Source of the DNA: Flavobacteriales bacterium
GTDB lineage: Bacteria; Bacteroidota; Bacteroidia; Flavobacteriales_F; PHOS-HE28
Assembly: GCA_020635715.1 (NCBI GenBank)
Contig: JACJZG010000008.1
Span: 91,553 to 155,552, forward strand
Direction: 5' to 3'
DNA: 64,000 nucleotides
The translations under genes and the position numbers were made by a program. The notes beneath the pieces were generated by a model. That model was not told where the DNA came from. It was given only the letters and a program-made list of their open reading frames with translations, and searched no databases. Positions 38,467 through 47,851 of this stretch are shown here, in pieces; the first letter of the stretch is position 1; each line of letters begins with the position of its first letter.

Positions 38467-39540
38467 TTACGGCTTCATCACGCGCTCTCCTTCTTTCAAC
38501 GCAGGCTCGTTCTTGTTGGCCAGCTGGCCGCAGGCGGCATCGATGTCCCGACCACGGCTCCGGCGGATCCGCGCGATGATGCCCTTCCTATCCAGATACT
38601 GCTGGAAGGCCTCGGCATCCTTGGCATCCGTGCGGCCGAAGCCACCGGCATCGATGGGGTTGTACTCGATCAGGTTCACCTTGGCATGCACGTCGCTGGT
38701 GTACTTCACCAGTTCCTGCGCATCGGCCAGTGAGTCGTTGAAGCCGCGCAGGAGGATGTACTCGAAGGTGATGTCCTTGCGCAGCGTGCGGGTATAGTAG
38801 CGGAGGGCGTCCTTGAGCTCGGTGAGCGAGTTCTGCTCGTTGATCGGCATGATGCGGTCGCGCTTGGCATCGTTGGCCGCATGCAACGAAAGGGCGAGGT
38901 TGAAACGAGCGCCATCGTCGGCCAGCTTGCGGATCATCTTGGCGATGCCGGCCGTGCTCACCGTGATCCGTCGCGCGCTCATGCCCAGACCATCCTCGGC
39001 ACTGATCCGCTCGGCGCTGCGGAGGGTGTTCGCGTAGTTGAGCAGCGGTTCACCCATGCCCATGTACACGATGTTCGTGAGTCCTTCCTTGTAGTACTTC
39101 TGGGCGAGCTGGTCGATGAGCACCACCTGGTCCACGATCTCGCCGGCATCGAGGTTGCGGATGCGCTTGAGCTTGCCGGTTGCGCAGAAACTGCAGGTGA
39201 GGCTGCACCCGATCTGGCTGCTGATGCAGGCGGTGAGGCGCGTTGGTGTCGGGATGAGCACACCCTCGACCACGTGACCGTCCCAGGTCTTGAACGCGCA
39301 CTTCACCGTGCCGTCCTGGCTGCGCTGTTCTTCAACGAGTGTCAGTGGACGCAACACCGTGCGTTCCGCCAGCGCCGTGCGGAAGGCCTTGGGCAGGTCG
39401 CTCATGTCATCGAACGAGCGGGCCTTCTTCTTCCACAACCACTCCCAAAGCTGCCTGGCGCGGTAGGGCTTCTCACCGAGCTCCGCGACGAGGGACTTGA
39501 TCTCGTCGAGGGAAAGGGAGCGGATGTCCGTGGTCATCAT
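38467..39540 (-). CDS. rlmN: 23S rRNA (adenine2503-C2)-methyltransferase, radical SAM
   Basis: Trimmed to MMTTDIRSLSLDEIKSLV. Radical SAM motif CSLTCSFCATG and C-terminal DIDAACGQL. Confidence 0.95.
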   Translation of the reverse strand: MMTTDIRSLSLDEIKSLVAELGEKPYRARQLWEWLWKKKARSFDDMSDLPKAFRTALAERTVLRPLTLVEEQRSQDGTVKCAFKTWDGHVVEGVLIPTPTRLTACISSQIGCSLTCSFCATGKLKRIRNLDAGEIVDQVVLIDQLAQKYYKEGLTNIVYMGMGEPLLNYANTLRSAERISAEDGLGMSARRITVSTAGIAKMIRKLADDGARFNLALSLHAANDAKRDRIMPINEQNSLTELKDALRYYTRTLRKDITFEYILLRGFNDSLADAQELVKYTSDVHAKVNLIEYNPIDAGGFGRTDAKDAEAFQQYLDRKGIIARIRRSRGRDIDAACGQLANKNEPALKEGERVMKP

Positions 39541-39794
39541 TTGTACACGTCTTTGCGGTCGCCGATGTGTTCCACTCGAACGAGTTTGATCACATCGCTT
39601 ATAGAGTAGATGACCCGGTAGTTCCCCACGCGGATCCGCCAATAGCCACTTTCCCCAACCAACTTCTTACACCCCGCAGGGCGCGGGTCCTTCTCGAGAG
39701 CCCTCAATTTCATGATGATCGCGGCGTGGAACGGCTCCGGTATACGACGCAGTTCTCGCGTTGCCGACTTCGTCAGTTCGACGCGGTACTTCAC
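39537..39794 (-). CDS. Type II toxin, RelE/ParE family mRNA interferase
   Basis: 85 aa with the pattern ELTKSATRELRRIP...GYWRIRVGNYRVIYSI...VRVEHIGDRKDVY. The GTG start overlaps the antitoxin stop (GTGA). The stop overlaps the rlmN start (ATGA). Confidence 0.85.
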   Translation of the reverse strand: MKYRVELTKSATRELRRIPEPFHAAIIMKLRALEKDPRPAGCKKLVGESGYWRIRVGNYRVIYSISDVIKLVRVEHIGDRKDVYK

Positions 39795-39985
39795 CGTGAC
39801 TTCTTCCGCTTGACCGACGCGAGATAATCATCCAAACTCACGGTAGCCTCATGCTTCCGACTCTCCGCTTTGATCACGTCAATAAGGTCATCCAGCGCTT
39901 CCGGATCCTTCACGAACGTATCGAGATCGATCTGGACGATCCGTTTCTTCCGTCGCTCATCCAGCAGGATGCTCACCCCTTTCAT
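39791..39985 (-). CDS. Putative antitoxin of the RelE-family toxin
   Basis: 64-aa ORF immediately upstream of the toxin and overlapping it by 4 nt. I do not recognise its family; the call rests on position, size and coupling. Confidence 0.6.
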   Translation of the reverse strand: MKGVSILLDERRKKRIVQIDLDTFVKDPEALDDLIDVIKAESRKHEATVSLDDYLASVKRKKSR

Positions 39986-40017
39986 GATGGAAAGATACGG
40001 TGCGACAACGCGTTACC

Positions 40018-40677
40018 TCACAGGAGCAGCTCTGCCACCTTCATATCCACCGCGGTCGTCACCTTGATGTTGTTCTCCTCGCCTTCCACCAGCGCCACCT
40101 TCACGCCGAGGCGCTCCACGAGCGTGGCTTCATCGGTGAAAGTGGTTTCATAAGGCTGTTCGAAGGCCTTGCGCAACAGGTCAGCGTGGAAACATTGCGG
40201 GGTCTGCACGGCCAACAAGCGGGAGCGGTCCAATGCCCGGCTTCCTTCCGCTGTCGTTTCCCGGATGCTCGGCACGACGGGGACCACCGGGATGGCTGCA
40301 GCCTTTTCACCGGCGGCCGCGAAGCAGCGCTTGATCAGGTCCGCGCTCACCAGCGGACGCACCCCATCATGCACGGCCACGAGCCCATCGCCCTCCACCT
40401 TCTCCGATCCTGCCTTCACACTGTGCCAGCGCTGCTCTCCCCCTGCCACCACATCGTGTTTGATGAAGAAGCGGTGCCCCATGCAGAGCGCTTTCCAGAT
40501 GTCGAAGTGTTCCCTGGGGAGCACCACGATCAGCGCCATGTCCGGATCCGCCGCGTGAAAGGCCTCGATGGTCCACATCAAGAGCGGACGCCCCTTCACC
40601 GTCTGGAACTGTTTGGGCACCGGGCCGCCCAGGCGCCTGCCCGAGCCGCCGGCGACGATGATGGCTGTGCGCTCCAT
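40018..40677 (-). CDS. ispD: 2-C-methyl-D-erythritol 4-phosphate cytidylyltransferase
   Basis: IIVAGGSGRRLG N-terminal motif and full-length family pattern. Confidence 0.93.
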   Translation of the reverse strand: MERTAIIVAGGSGRRLGGPVPKQFQTVKGRPLLMWTIEAFHAADPDMALIVVLPREHFDIWKALCMGHRFFIKHDVVAGGEQRWHSVKAGSEKVEGDGLVAVHDGVRPLVSADLIKRCFAAAGEKAAAIPVVPVVPSIRETTAEGSRALDRSRLLAVQTPQCFHADLLRKAFEQPYETTFTDEATLVERLGVKVALVEGEENNIKVTTAVDMKVAELLL

Positions 40678-40740
40678 GGTGTGAATTAAACCGCGACGGC
40701 GCTATCGATGCAACGACTACGCGACGTTCTTCCATGCGAA

Positions 40741-40761
40741 GGGCCGCTTTCGTGGCGGCCC
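40741..40761 (-). terminator. Hairpin downstream of queA
   Basis: gggccgc-tttcgtg-gcggccc, 26 nt after the queA stop on the minus strand. Confidence 0.35.
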
Positions 40762-40786
40762 CATCGCGTCGTTGTGTTGTTCCGGT

Positions 40787-41836
40787 TCAAATGATCAGCA
40801 TCGCATCCCCGTAGCTGAAGAAGCGGTACTTCTCCTTGATCGCCACCTTGTACGCCTCCCACACGTGGTCGTAACCACCGAAGGCGCACACCTGCATCAA
40901 CAGGGTGCTCTCCGGCATGTGGAAGTTGGTGATCATGCTGTCGGCGATGCTGAAGTCGTAGGGCGGGAAGATGAACTTGTTCGTCCACCCGTTGTACGGC
41001 TTCATGTGGTTCTCCGTGCTCACGCTGCTCTCGATGGCACGCATGGTGGTGGTGCCCACCGCACATACCCGCTTCCGTGTGTCCTTTGCCAGGTTCACTA
41101 CGTTGCAGGCCTCGCGGTCGATGATGACCTGCTCGCTGTCCGTCTTGTGCTTGGTAAGATCCTCCACTTCCACCGGACGGAAGGTGCCCAGGCCCACATG
41201 CAGCGTCACTTCTGCGAAGTTGATGCCCTTCAGTTCCATGCGCTTCATGAGCTCACGGCTGAAGTGCAGGCCGGCGGTCGGTGCGGCCACGGCCCCTTCG
41301 TGCTTCGCGAAGATGGTCTGGTAGCGCTCGGCATCGCTCGGTTCGGTCTCCCGCTTGATGTAGCGGGGCAGCGGCGTCTCACCCATCTCGGTGATGGTCT
41401 GCTTGAACTCCTCGTACGTACCGTCGAAGAGGAAGCGGAGCGTACGGCCACGGCTCGTGGTGTTGTCGATCACCTCCGCCACCAGCTCGTCGTCCTTGCC
41501 GAAGTAGAGCTTGTTGCCGATCCGGATCTTGCGCGCCGGGTCCACGATCACGTCCCACAGGAGACTGTCGCGGTTCAGTTCGCGCAGCATGAAGACCTCG
41601 ATCTTGGCACCGGTCTTCTCCTTGTTGCCCCACATGCGCGCGGGGAACACCTTCGTGTTGTTCAGGATGAAGACGTCGCCCTCGTCGAAGTAGTCCAGGA
41701 CGTTCTTGAACTTCTTGTGCTCGATCTTGCCGTCCTTGCGGTGGAGCACCATCAGCCGGCTGCCGTCGCGGTCCTTCGTGGGATACAGCGCGATCTGCTC
41801 CTTGGGCAGCGCGAATTTGAACGAGGTGAGTTTCAT
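40787..41836 (-). CDS. queA: S-adenosylmethionine:tRNA ribosyltransferase-isomerase
   Basis: Starts [19 protein letters not shown]. Also AAPTAGLHF and [10 protein letters not shown]. Confidence 0.96.
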   Translation of the reverse strand: MKLTSFKFALPKEQIALYPTKDRDGSRLMVLHRKDGKIEHKKFKNVLDYFDEGDVFILNNTKVFPARMWGNKEKTGAKIEVFMLRELNRDSLLWDVIVDPARKIRIGNKLYFGKDDELVAEVIDNTTSRGRTLRFLFDGTYEEFKQTITEMGETPLPRYIKRETEPSDAERYQTIFAKHEGAVAAPTAGLHFSRELMKRMELKGINFAEVTLHVGLGTFRPVEVEDLTKHKTDSEQVIIDREACNVVNLAKDTRKRVCAVGTTTMRAIESSVSTENHMKPYNGWTNKFIFPPYDFSIADSMITNFHMPESTLLMQVCAFGGYDHVWEAYKVAIKEKYRFFSYGDAMLII

Positions 41837-41883
41837 GGGGTATGGGCGGGCTTACCGGGCCGGGCCCTTGTGATTTGGGGCGC

Positions 41884-41891
41884 CGAAGATA
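41884..41891 (-). promoter_or_regulatory. Candidate -7 box TATCTTCG (minus strand) upstream of queA
   Basis: The reverse complement of cgaagata is TATCTTCG. It lies 48 nt before the ATG at 41836. Confidence 0.3.
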
Positions 41892-41954
41892 ATGTGATCG
41901 CGAAGCGAATGTTAAACCAGCTGGATATCAGCCGAATATCCTGTTGATAACCGC

Positions 41955-42665
41955 CTATCGCGTGTAGGGAGCGATCCGTTCCGACCACTCCGCGGGGGTA
42001 TATGCGTCCTTGACGTCGTACTCCCCGATCCGCGTGCGACGCAGGGCGCTCAGGTGGGCGCCACAGCCCAGTGCCTGCCCGATGTCGTGCGCCAACGACC
42101 GGATGTAGGTGCCCTTGCTCACGTGCACCTCGAAGTCCACCTCGGCGCCACGGATCGCGGTGACGTCGAGCGCGCTCACCACCACGGTGATCGGCTTCAT
42201 CTCCACCAGGTGCGCCCGCTCGCTGTCCCGCGCAAGGAAATAGGCGCGCTCCCCCTCGAAGCGTTTGGCGCTGTACGCAGGCGGACGTTGTTCGATGGTG
42301 CCGAGGAAACGGGCGAAGGCGGCGCGGATCGTCCGCTCATCCAGGTGCTCCCATGGACCGCCCGGTTCCGGCGTCGTCTCCAGGTCGTAGCTCGGCGTGG
42401 TGTGGCCGAGCGTGATGGTGCCGGTGTAGGCCTTCTCCGCTCCGGTGATGAAGGGCAGCTTCTTGGTGAAGGGTCCGTACGCAAGGATCAGGAGGCCACT
42501 GGCGAGGGGGTCGAGGGTGCCGGCATGGCCCACCTTGATCTTCTTCCCCGCCGCGATGCGCATGGCCCCGCGCAACTTCCCCACCACGTCGAAGCTGGTC
42601 CAGGTCAGCGGCTTGTCAACGAGTACGAGGCCGCCGGTATCCGGGGTGAAGTCGAAGTCGGTCAC
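41955..42665 (-). CDS. truB: tRNA pseudouridine(55) synthase
   Basis: GHAGTLDPLASGLL catalytic motif. GTG start 1 nt after the uppP stop. Confidence 0.94.
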   Translation of the reverse strand: MTDFDFTPDTGGLVLVDKPLTWTSFDVVGKLRGAMRIAAGKKIKVGHAGTLDPLASGLLILAYGPFTKKLPFITGAEKAYTGTITLGHTTPSYDLETTPEPGGPWEHLDERTIRAAFARFLGTIEQRPPAYSAKRFEGERAYFLARDSERAHLVEMKPITVVVSALDVTAIRGAEVDFEVHVSKGTYIRSLAHDIGQALGCGAHLSALRRTRIGEYDVKDAYTPAEWSERIAPYTR

Positions 42666-42666
42666 C

Positions 42667-43464
42667 TTAGTACATCTGCATCGACACGCCTGCTAGGTGC
42701 AGGGCGATGATGATGCCACCCACAACGATGCGGTACCAGCCGAAGGCCTTGAAGCCGCTCTTGGTCAGGTAGGCGATGAAGGAACGGATGGCGATGATGG
42801 CGACCACGAAGGCCACCACGTTCCCGATCGCGAAGAGCTGGAAATGCTCCGTGGTGAAGGCGCCACCATCCTTCACATGATCGTAGATGCTCTTCACCGT
42901 GGCCGCGAACATGGTGGGCACCGCGAGAAAGAAGCTGAACTCCGCCGCGTTCTTGCGGGTGAAGCCCTGGGTCATGCCACCGATGATGGTGGCGGCCGAA
43001 CGCGATACGCCGGGGACCATGGCCAGGCATTGCCACACGCCGATGATGGCCGCCTGCTTGTACGACATCGGTTGGACCTCACCCTTCTCCTCACTGTGGG
43101 TCGCGAGCTTATCGATGAAGAGGAAGACGATGCCGCCCAAGAACAGCATCACACCAACGACCACCACGTTCTCCAGCAACATGTCGATGTAGTCCTTGAA
43201 GAAGAGGCCCGCGATCACCGCCGGGATGAAGCCCGCCAGCAGCTTCAGGTAGAAGTCGAAGCTCTGGAAGAAGCGCTTCCAATAGAGCACCACCACGCTC
43301 AGGATGGTGCCGAACTGGATGGCCACCGTGAAGAGCTTGACGAACTCGTCCTGCTGGATCCCCATGATGGTGGACCCGATGATCATGTGTCCCGTGCTGC
43401 TGACGGGCAGGAATTCGGTGATCCCCTCGATGATCGCGAGGATGATCGCTTGGATGATCGTCAT
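42667..43464 (-). CDS. uppP: Undecaprenyl-diphosphate phosphatase
   Basis: [10 protein letters not shown] motif and eight hydrophobic segments. ATGA overlap with the upstream gene. Confidence 0.95.
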   Translation of the reverse strand: MTIIQAIILAIIEGITEFLPVSSTGHMIIGSTIMGIQQDEFVKLFTVAIQFGTILSVVVLYWKRFFQSFDFYLKLLAGFIPAVIAGLFFKDYIDMLLENVVVVGVMLFLGGIVFLFIDKLATHSEEKGEVQPMSYKQAAIIGVWQCLAMVPGVSRSAATIIGGMTQGFTRKNAAEFSFFLAVPTMFAATVKSIYDHVKDGGAFTTEHFQLFAIGNVVAFVVAIIAIRSFIAYLTKSGFKAFGWYRIVVGGIIIALHLAGVSMQMY

Positions 43465-43718
43465 TTGCCCGCCTCGTTCTCCCCGGTCTTCTTCAGGATG
43501 GCGTAGGCCACGAACGCGTAGCCGATCAGGACCACGATCGGCGCCACGGTGATCCGGCGCTTGCTGAAGAGCTCGTCCGCATCGAAGGCATTCGGGTCAC
43601 CATTGCCGCCGCCGGACATCAGGATGTAGCCCACCACGAGGATGGCCAGACCGATCAACAACAACTTGTAGTTCGTTGCGGTGAAGGGCATGTCGTTGTT
43701 CAACTCGGGCTTGGCCAT
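43461..43718 (-). CDS. DUF3098-type small membrane protein
   Basis: 85 aa with two TM segments, [23 protein letters not shown]. It sits in the typical Bacteroidota position between ftsX and uppP. Confidence 0.75.
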   Translation of the reverse strand: MAKPELNNDMPFTATNYKLLLIGLAILVVGYILMSGGGNGDPNAFDADELFSKRRITVAPIVVLIGYAFVAYAILKKTGENEAGK

Positions 43719-43739
43719 GGTCGTTCGGTCGGGTTCAGG

Positions 43740-44615
43740 TCAGCTCCAGTGCAGGTCCTCGGAGTTCATGCGAAGGTAGCGGCGCACCGCGAACCAGGTG
43801 GAGGTCAGGGAGATCAACAGGCCCAGCACCAGCACCCCCGCGAAGAGCAGGGCCAGGGTGGGCATGTCCGTGAAGGCCAGCAGGTCCGGCATGTAGCGGT
43901 TGGTGAGCTGCAACAGGCCTACCAACAGGCCGATCGCCAGTACCGAACCCACGATGCCCTGCCAGAGGCTCTGGCCCAGAAAGGGTCGCTTGATGAACCA
44001 TTGTGTGGCACCCACCAGGTGCATGGTGCGGATCAGGAAGCGTTTGCTGTAGATGGCCAGTCGGATCGTGTTGTTGATCAAGGCGATCGCGACGAACAAC
44101 AGCAGCACCGAGAAGCCCAGGACCAGGAGGCCCATCTTGTTCACGTTGGCGTCGATGTTCTCCACCACGGCCGCGTTGTAGGCCACCTCCTGCACGCGCT
44201 GGTCCTTCTTCAACTGCTCCACGATCCACTTCAGGCTGTCGGCCTGCGCATGGTCCGCGTTCAAGCGCAGTTCCACCGAGGGGAGAAGGGGGTTGCTGCC
44301 CAGCACGCCGAGGAAGTCCTCTCCAAGGTCCTGCTTCAGTTGCTCAGCGGCCTCATCGGCGGTCACATAGCGCGTCTCCTTGGCGTACGGCTCGGTGTCC
44401 AGCTCCTTGCGGAACTGCATGATGTCCACCTCCTTCAGGTCACGTTTCAGAAAGAGCTCCACCCGCACGTTCTCCTTGAAATAACGCTCCAGCGCGCGGG
44501 CATTGAGGACCAGGAAGCCCAATACCCCCAGCATGAAGAGCACCAGGGCGATGCCGACCACCGTGCTCACGTTGGACGTGCGGGTGCGGGACCTCAGGTA
44601 GCGCTGGTCGCTCAT
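43740..44615 (-). CDS. ftsX: Cell-division FtsX-like permease
   Basis: Trimmed to MSDQRYLRSRTRTSNVSTVVGIALVLFML. Four TM segments with a large first periplasmic loop. Confidence 0.8.
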   Translation of the reverse strand: MSDQRYLRSRTRTSNVSTVVGIALVLFMLGVLGFLVLNARALERYFKENVRVELFLKRDLKEVDIMQFRKELDTEPYAKETRYVTADEAAEQLKQDLGEDFLGVLGSNPLLPSVELRLNADHAQADSLKWIVEQLKKDQRVQEVAYNAAVVENIDANVNKMGLLVLGFSVLLLFVAIALINNTIRLAIYSKRFLIRTMHLVGATQWFIKRPFLGQSLWQGIVGSVLAIGLLVGLLQLTNRYMPDLLAFTDMPTLALLFAGVLVLGLLISLTSTWFAVRRYLRMNSEDLHWS

Positions 44616-44621
44616 GGTCGG

Positions 44622-44629
44622 CGAAAGTA
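44622..44629 (-). promoter_or_regulatory. Candidate -7 box TACTTTCG (minus strand) 6 nt before the ftsX ATG
   Basis: The reverse complement of cgaaagta is TACTTTCG. It overlaps the foot of the 12-bp palindrome at 44627..44654. Confidence 0.3.
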
Positions 44630-44694
44630 AGGGCGATGCACACATCGCCCTTACTTGCGCCGTACCGATAGTCCTCCGTGGCCAGCCCACCTTC

Positions 44695-44702
44695 TACCTT
44701 CG
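44695..44702 (+). promoter_or_regulatory. Candidate -7 box TACCTTCG upstream of leuS
   Basis: Ends 20 nt before the ATG at 44722. Confidence 0.4.
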
Positions 44703-44721
44703 CGCTCAGTAGGAAGGCACC

Positions 44722-47715
44722 ATGCAGTACGATCACAAGGGCATCGAAGGGAAGTGGCAGGATGAATGGCGCAGACGCGGCACCTACCGCGTGAGCAACG
44801 ATCCATCGAAGCCGAAGTATTACGTGCTGGATATGTTTCCCTATCCCAGCGGGGCAGGCCTGCATGTCGGGCACCCGCTCGGCTACATCGCCAGCGACAT
44901 CGTGGCGCGCTACAAGCGCCTGTGCGGCTTCAACGTGCTGCACCCCATGGGCTACGACAGCTTCGGCCTGCCCGCCGAGCAATACGCCATCCAGACGGGT
45001 CAGCACCCGGCGAAGACCACCGAGGAGAACACCGCGCGCTACCGGCAACAGCTCGACGCCATCGGCTTCAGCTTCGATTGGGAGCGCCAGGTATTCACCA
45101 GCGATCCGTCCTATTACAAGTGGACACAGTGGATCTTCCTGCAGCTCTTCGATAGCTGGTACGATGCCAAGGCCGACAAGGCGAGACCGATCAGCGAACT
45201 GATCGCCTGTTTCGAGAAGGATGGCAGCACGGGCCAGGACACGAGCGTCCTCACCGGCGACATCGAGGAGTTCGTCGGTGGCTTCTCTGCCGATGAGTGG
45301 AACGGCTTCCACGAGGGCACGAAGCAGTTGATCCTCGGCCATTTCCGGCTGGCCTACCGCAGCGAGGCCTGGGTGAACTGGTGTCCTGCCTTGGGCACGG
45401 TGCTCGCCAACGACGAGGTGAAGGACGGCGTGAGCGAACGCGGCGGTCACCCCGTGGAACGCAAGCGGATGCCACAATGGAGCATGCGCATCACCGCCTA
45501 CGCGCAACGGCTGCTCGATGGCTTGGATGCACTGGACTGGAGCGATAGCATCAAAGAAGCACAGCGGAACTGGATCGGTAGGAGTGAAGGGGCGACCGTC
45601 CGTTTCCCACTGGGCGATGACTTCATTGAGGTCTTCACCACACGGCCGGACACGCTCTTCGGTGTCAGCTTCATCACGCTCGCACCGGAGCATGTGCTCG
45701 TGGGCAAGTTCACCACCGCCGACCACAAGGCCGAGGTGATGGCATACGTGGAAAAGGCGAAGAACCGCAGCGAACGCGAGCGCCAGGCCGAGGTGGATAA
45801 GGTGAGCGGCGTGTTCACCGGCAGCTACGCGAAGCATCCGTTCACCGGCGCCGAGGTGCCCGTATGGGTGGGCGATTACGTGCTCGCTGGCTACGGTACT
45901 GGCGCGGTGATGGCCGTGCCCGGCGGCGACCAGCGCGACTGGCGCTTCGCGAAGCACTTCGGCCTGCCCATCATCGCGGTGACCGAGGGTGCTGATGTGG
46001 ATAAGGAGGCCGATGAACGCAAGGACGCGACGATCAGTAGCGAAGGCTTTCTCAAGGGCTTGAAGGTGCCGCAGGCGATCACCCGCGCGATCCAGGAATT
46101 GGAGAAGCTCGGTGCCGGGGAAGGCCGCATCAACTTCCGCCTGCGCGATGCCGCATTCGGCCGCCAACGCTATTGGGGCGAGCCGATCCCGATCTATTAC
46201 AAGGACGAGATACCGTACGCGTTGCCCGAGAGCGAGCTGCCGCTGAAGCTCCCGGAGGTGGACAAGTTCCTGCCGACGGAGGACGGCGAACCACCGCTCG
46301 CGCGTGCCACCAACTGGAACTACCAGGGCCATCCGTTGGAAACGACGACCATGCCCGGTTGGGCCGGCAGCAGCTGGTACTTCCTGCGCTACATGGACCC
46401 GCATAATGCGGAGCGCTTCGCCTCACCCGAGGCCATCAACTATTGGCAGCAGATCGACCTCTACCTGGGCGGCAGCGAGCACGCCACCGGCCACCTGCTC
46501 TACTTCCGCTTCTGGACCAAGTTCCTGCACGACCGCGGCTGGATCCCCTTCGACGAGCCCGCGAAGAAGCTCGTGAACCAAGGGATGATCCAAGGGGTGT
46601 CACGAACAGCATACGTGTACAAGCTCTCCTGGGCAATGATTGCCACAACGGCGGCTTCGTACTCCGGCCCAACCATTCCGTTGAATGCTGCCCCTACGGT
46701 TCTTGTTCCGGAAGAAGTCTATCTCGCGATGAAGGAAGGGACACTGACTGAACAACAAAGTGATCGGCTACATGAGATTGAGAGAGAGGCAACCCGTTTG
46801 GTGAAAGATCAGTTACCTGGTCATGCTGGTAGGTTGTTTGTTCCAGGTGTGGAAGGAGGAGCAGTTGCCTTTCCGATGAATGTGGATATTGACTTGGTTG
46901 ATGAAAAGGGTGTTCTTGATATCGGTAGGTTCAAGTCATGGAGGGCTGAAAATGCGACAACATTGACTTGGGATGACTCGCCTTATGTGTGTGTTCCGTT
47001 TGTCGAGAAGATGTCCAAGTCAAAGTTCAACGTGGTCAACCCCGACGACATCATTTCAAAGTACGGTGCCGACACCCTTCGTCTTTACGAGATGTTCCTG
47101 GGCCCCTTAGAGCAGAGCAAGCCCTGGGACACCAACGGCATCGAGGGCACCTTCCGTTTCCTGCGGAAGTTCTGGAACCTGTTCTTCAGCGGAGACGGTG
47201 TAGCGTCGACCCACGGGGTCGACCTACCCACCGTTACCAATGACCCCCCCACCAAGGCCGAGCTGAAAGTCCTGCACGCCACCCTGAAGAAGGTGAGCGA
47301 GGACATCGAGAAGATGAGCTTCAACACCAGCGTGGCGCAGTTCATGATCGCGGTGAACGAGCTGGGTGCGCTCAAGTGCCACAAGCGCGACATCCTCGAA
47401 CCCATGACCATCGCCCTGGCACCCTTCGCCCCGCACATCGCCGAGGAATTGTGGGAGAAACTGGGTCATGCCGAGAGTATCACCACCGCCGCATGGCCGA
47501 AGTTCGATCCGCAATACCTGGTGGAGGACAACTTCAGCTACCCCATCAGCTTCAACGGAAAGACGCGCCTGCAGCTGGAGTTCCCCATCGCCCTGGGCAA
47601 GGAGGAGGTGGAGGCGGCTGTATTGGCCAACCCAGAGGTACAAGCCAAGCTCGAAGGCAAGGCGCCCAAGAAGGTGATCGTGGTGCCCAAACGCATCGTC
47701 AATATCGTGGTATGA
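44722..47715 (+). CDS. leuS: Leucine-tRNA ligase
   Basis: 997 aa with HIGH-type motif (HVGHPLGY), the CP1 editing region and KMSKS. It has a long insertion just before KMSKS. Confidence 0.97.
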   Translation: MQYDHKGIEGKWQDEWRRRGTYRVSNDPSKPKYYVLDMFPYPSGAGLHVGHPLGYIASDIVARYKRLCGFNVLHPMGYDSFGLPAEQYAIQTGQHPAKTTEENTARYRQQLDAIGFSFDWERQVFTSDPSYYKWTQWIFLQLFDSWYDAKADKARPISELIACFEKDGSTGQDTSVLTGDIEEFVGGFSADEWNGFHEGTKQLILGHFRLAYRSEAWVNWCPALGTVLANDEVKDGVSERGGHPVERKRMPQWSMRITAYAQRLLDGLDALDWSDSIKEAQRNWIGRSEGATVRFPLGDDFIEVFTTRPDTLFGVSFITLAPEHVLVGKFTTADHKAEVMAYVEKAKNRSERERQAEVDKVSGVFTGSYAKHPFTGAEVPVWVGDYVLAGYGTGAVMAVPGGDQRDWRFAKHFGLPIIAVTEGADVDKEADERKDATISSEGFLKGLKVPQAITRAIQELEKLGAGEGRINFRLRDAAFGRQRYWGEPIPIYYKDEIPYALPESELPLKLPEVDKFLPTEDGEPPLARATNWNYQGHPLETTTMPGWAGSSWYFLRYMDPHNAERFASPEAINYWQQIDLYLGGSEHATGHLLYFRFWTKFLHDRGWIPFDEPAKKLVNQGMIQGVSRTAYVYKLSWAMIATTAASYSGPTIPLNAAPTVLVPEEVYLAMKEGTLTEQQSDRLHEIEREATRLVKDQLPGHAGRLFVPGVEGGAVAFPMNVDIDLVDEKGVLDIGRFKSWRAENATTLTWDDSPYVCVPFVEKMSKSKFNVVNPDDIISKYGADTLRLYEMFLGPLEQSKPWDTNGIEGTFRFLRKFWNLFFSGDGVASTHGVDLPTVTNDPPTKAELKVLHATLKKVSEDIEKMSFNTSVAQFMIAVNELGALKCHKRDILEPMTIALAPFAPHIAEELWEKLGHAESITTAAWPKFDPQYLVEDNFSYPISFNGKTRLQLEFPIALGKEEVEAAVLANPEVQAKLEGKAPKKVIVVPKRIVNIVV

Positions 47716-47726
47716 GCGCGCTACTG

Positions 47727-47851
47727 GCTACTGGCTCCTGGCTATTGGCTGGTTCGTGCGCTTCGGCACGTAGGAGCCTGCCTCAAGGCATGGCTGAACT
47801 CCTTTCGCCTTGCGATAAGGGGCCAGTAGCCAATAGCCAGGAGCCAGTAGC
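47727..47851. repeat. 24-bp perfect inverted repeat made of tandem NNNTGGC heptads, with a 77-nt spacer
   Basis: The left arm 47727..47750 (gctactggctcctggctattggct) is the exact reverse complement of the right arm 47828..47851. The left array reads tactggc/tactggc/tcctggc/tattggc. The spacer contains the hairpin cgtgc-gcttcg-gcacg (47755..47770). Confidence 0.9.

Noticed and set aside
46600-47030. The possibility that the AT-rich leuS segment is an intein, a group I/II intron or an inserted mobile element.
   Set aside because: The reading frame is continuous. I see no intein splice-junction or homing-endonuclease motifs and no terminal repeats. An insertion at this position is normal for Bacteroidota LeuS. 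I kept it as a compositional-mosaic finding only.
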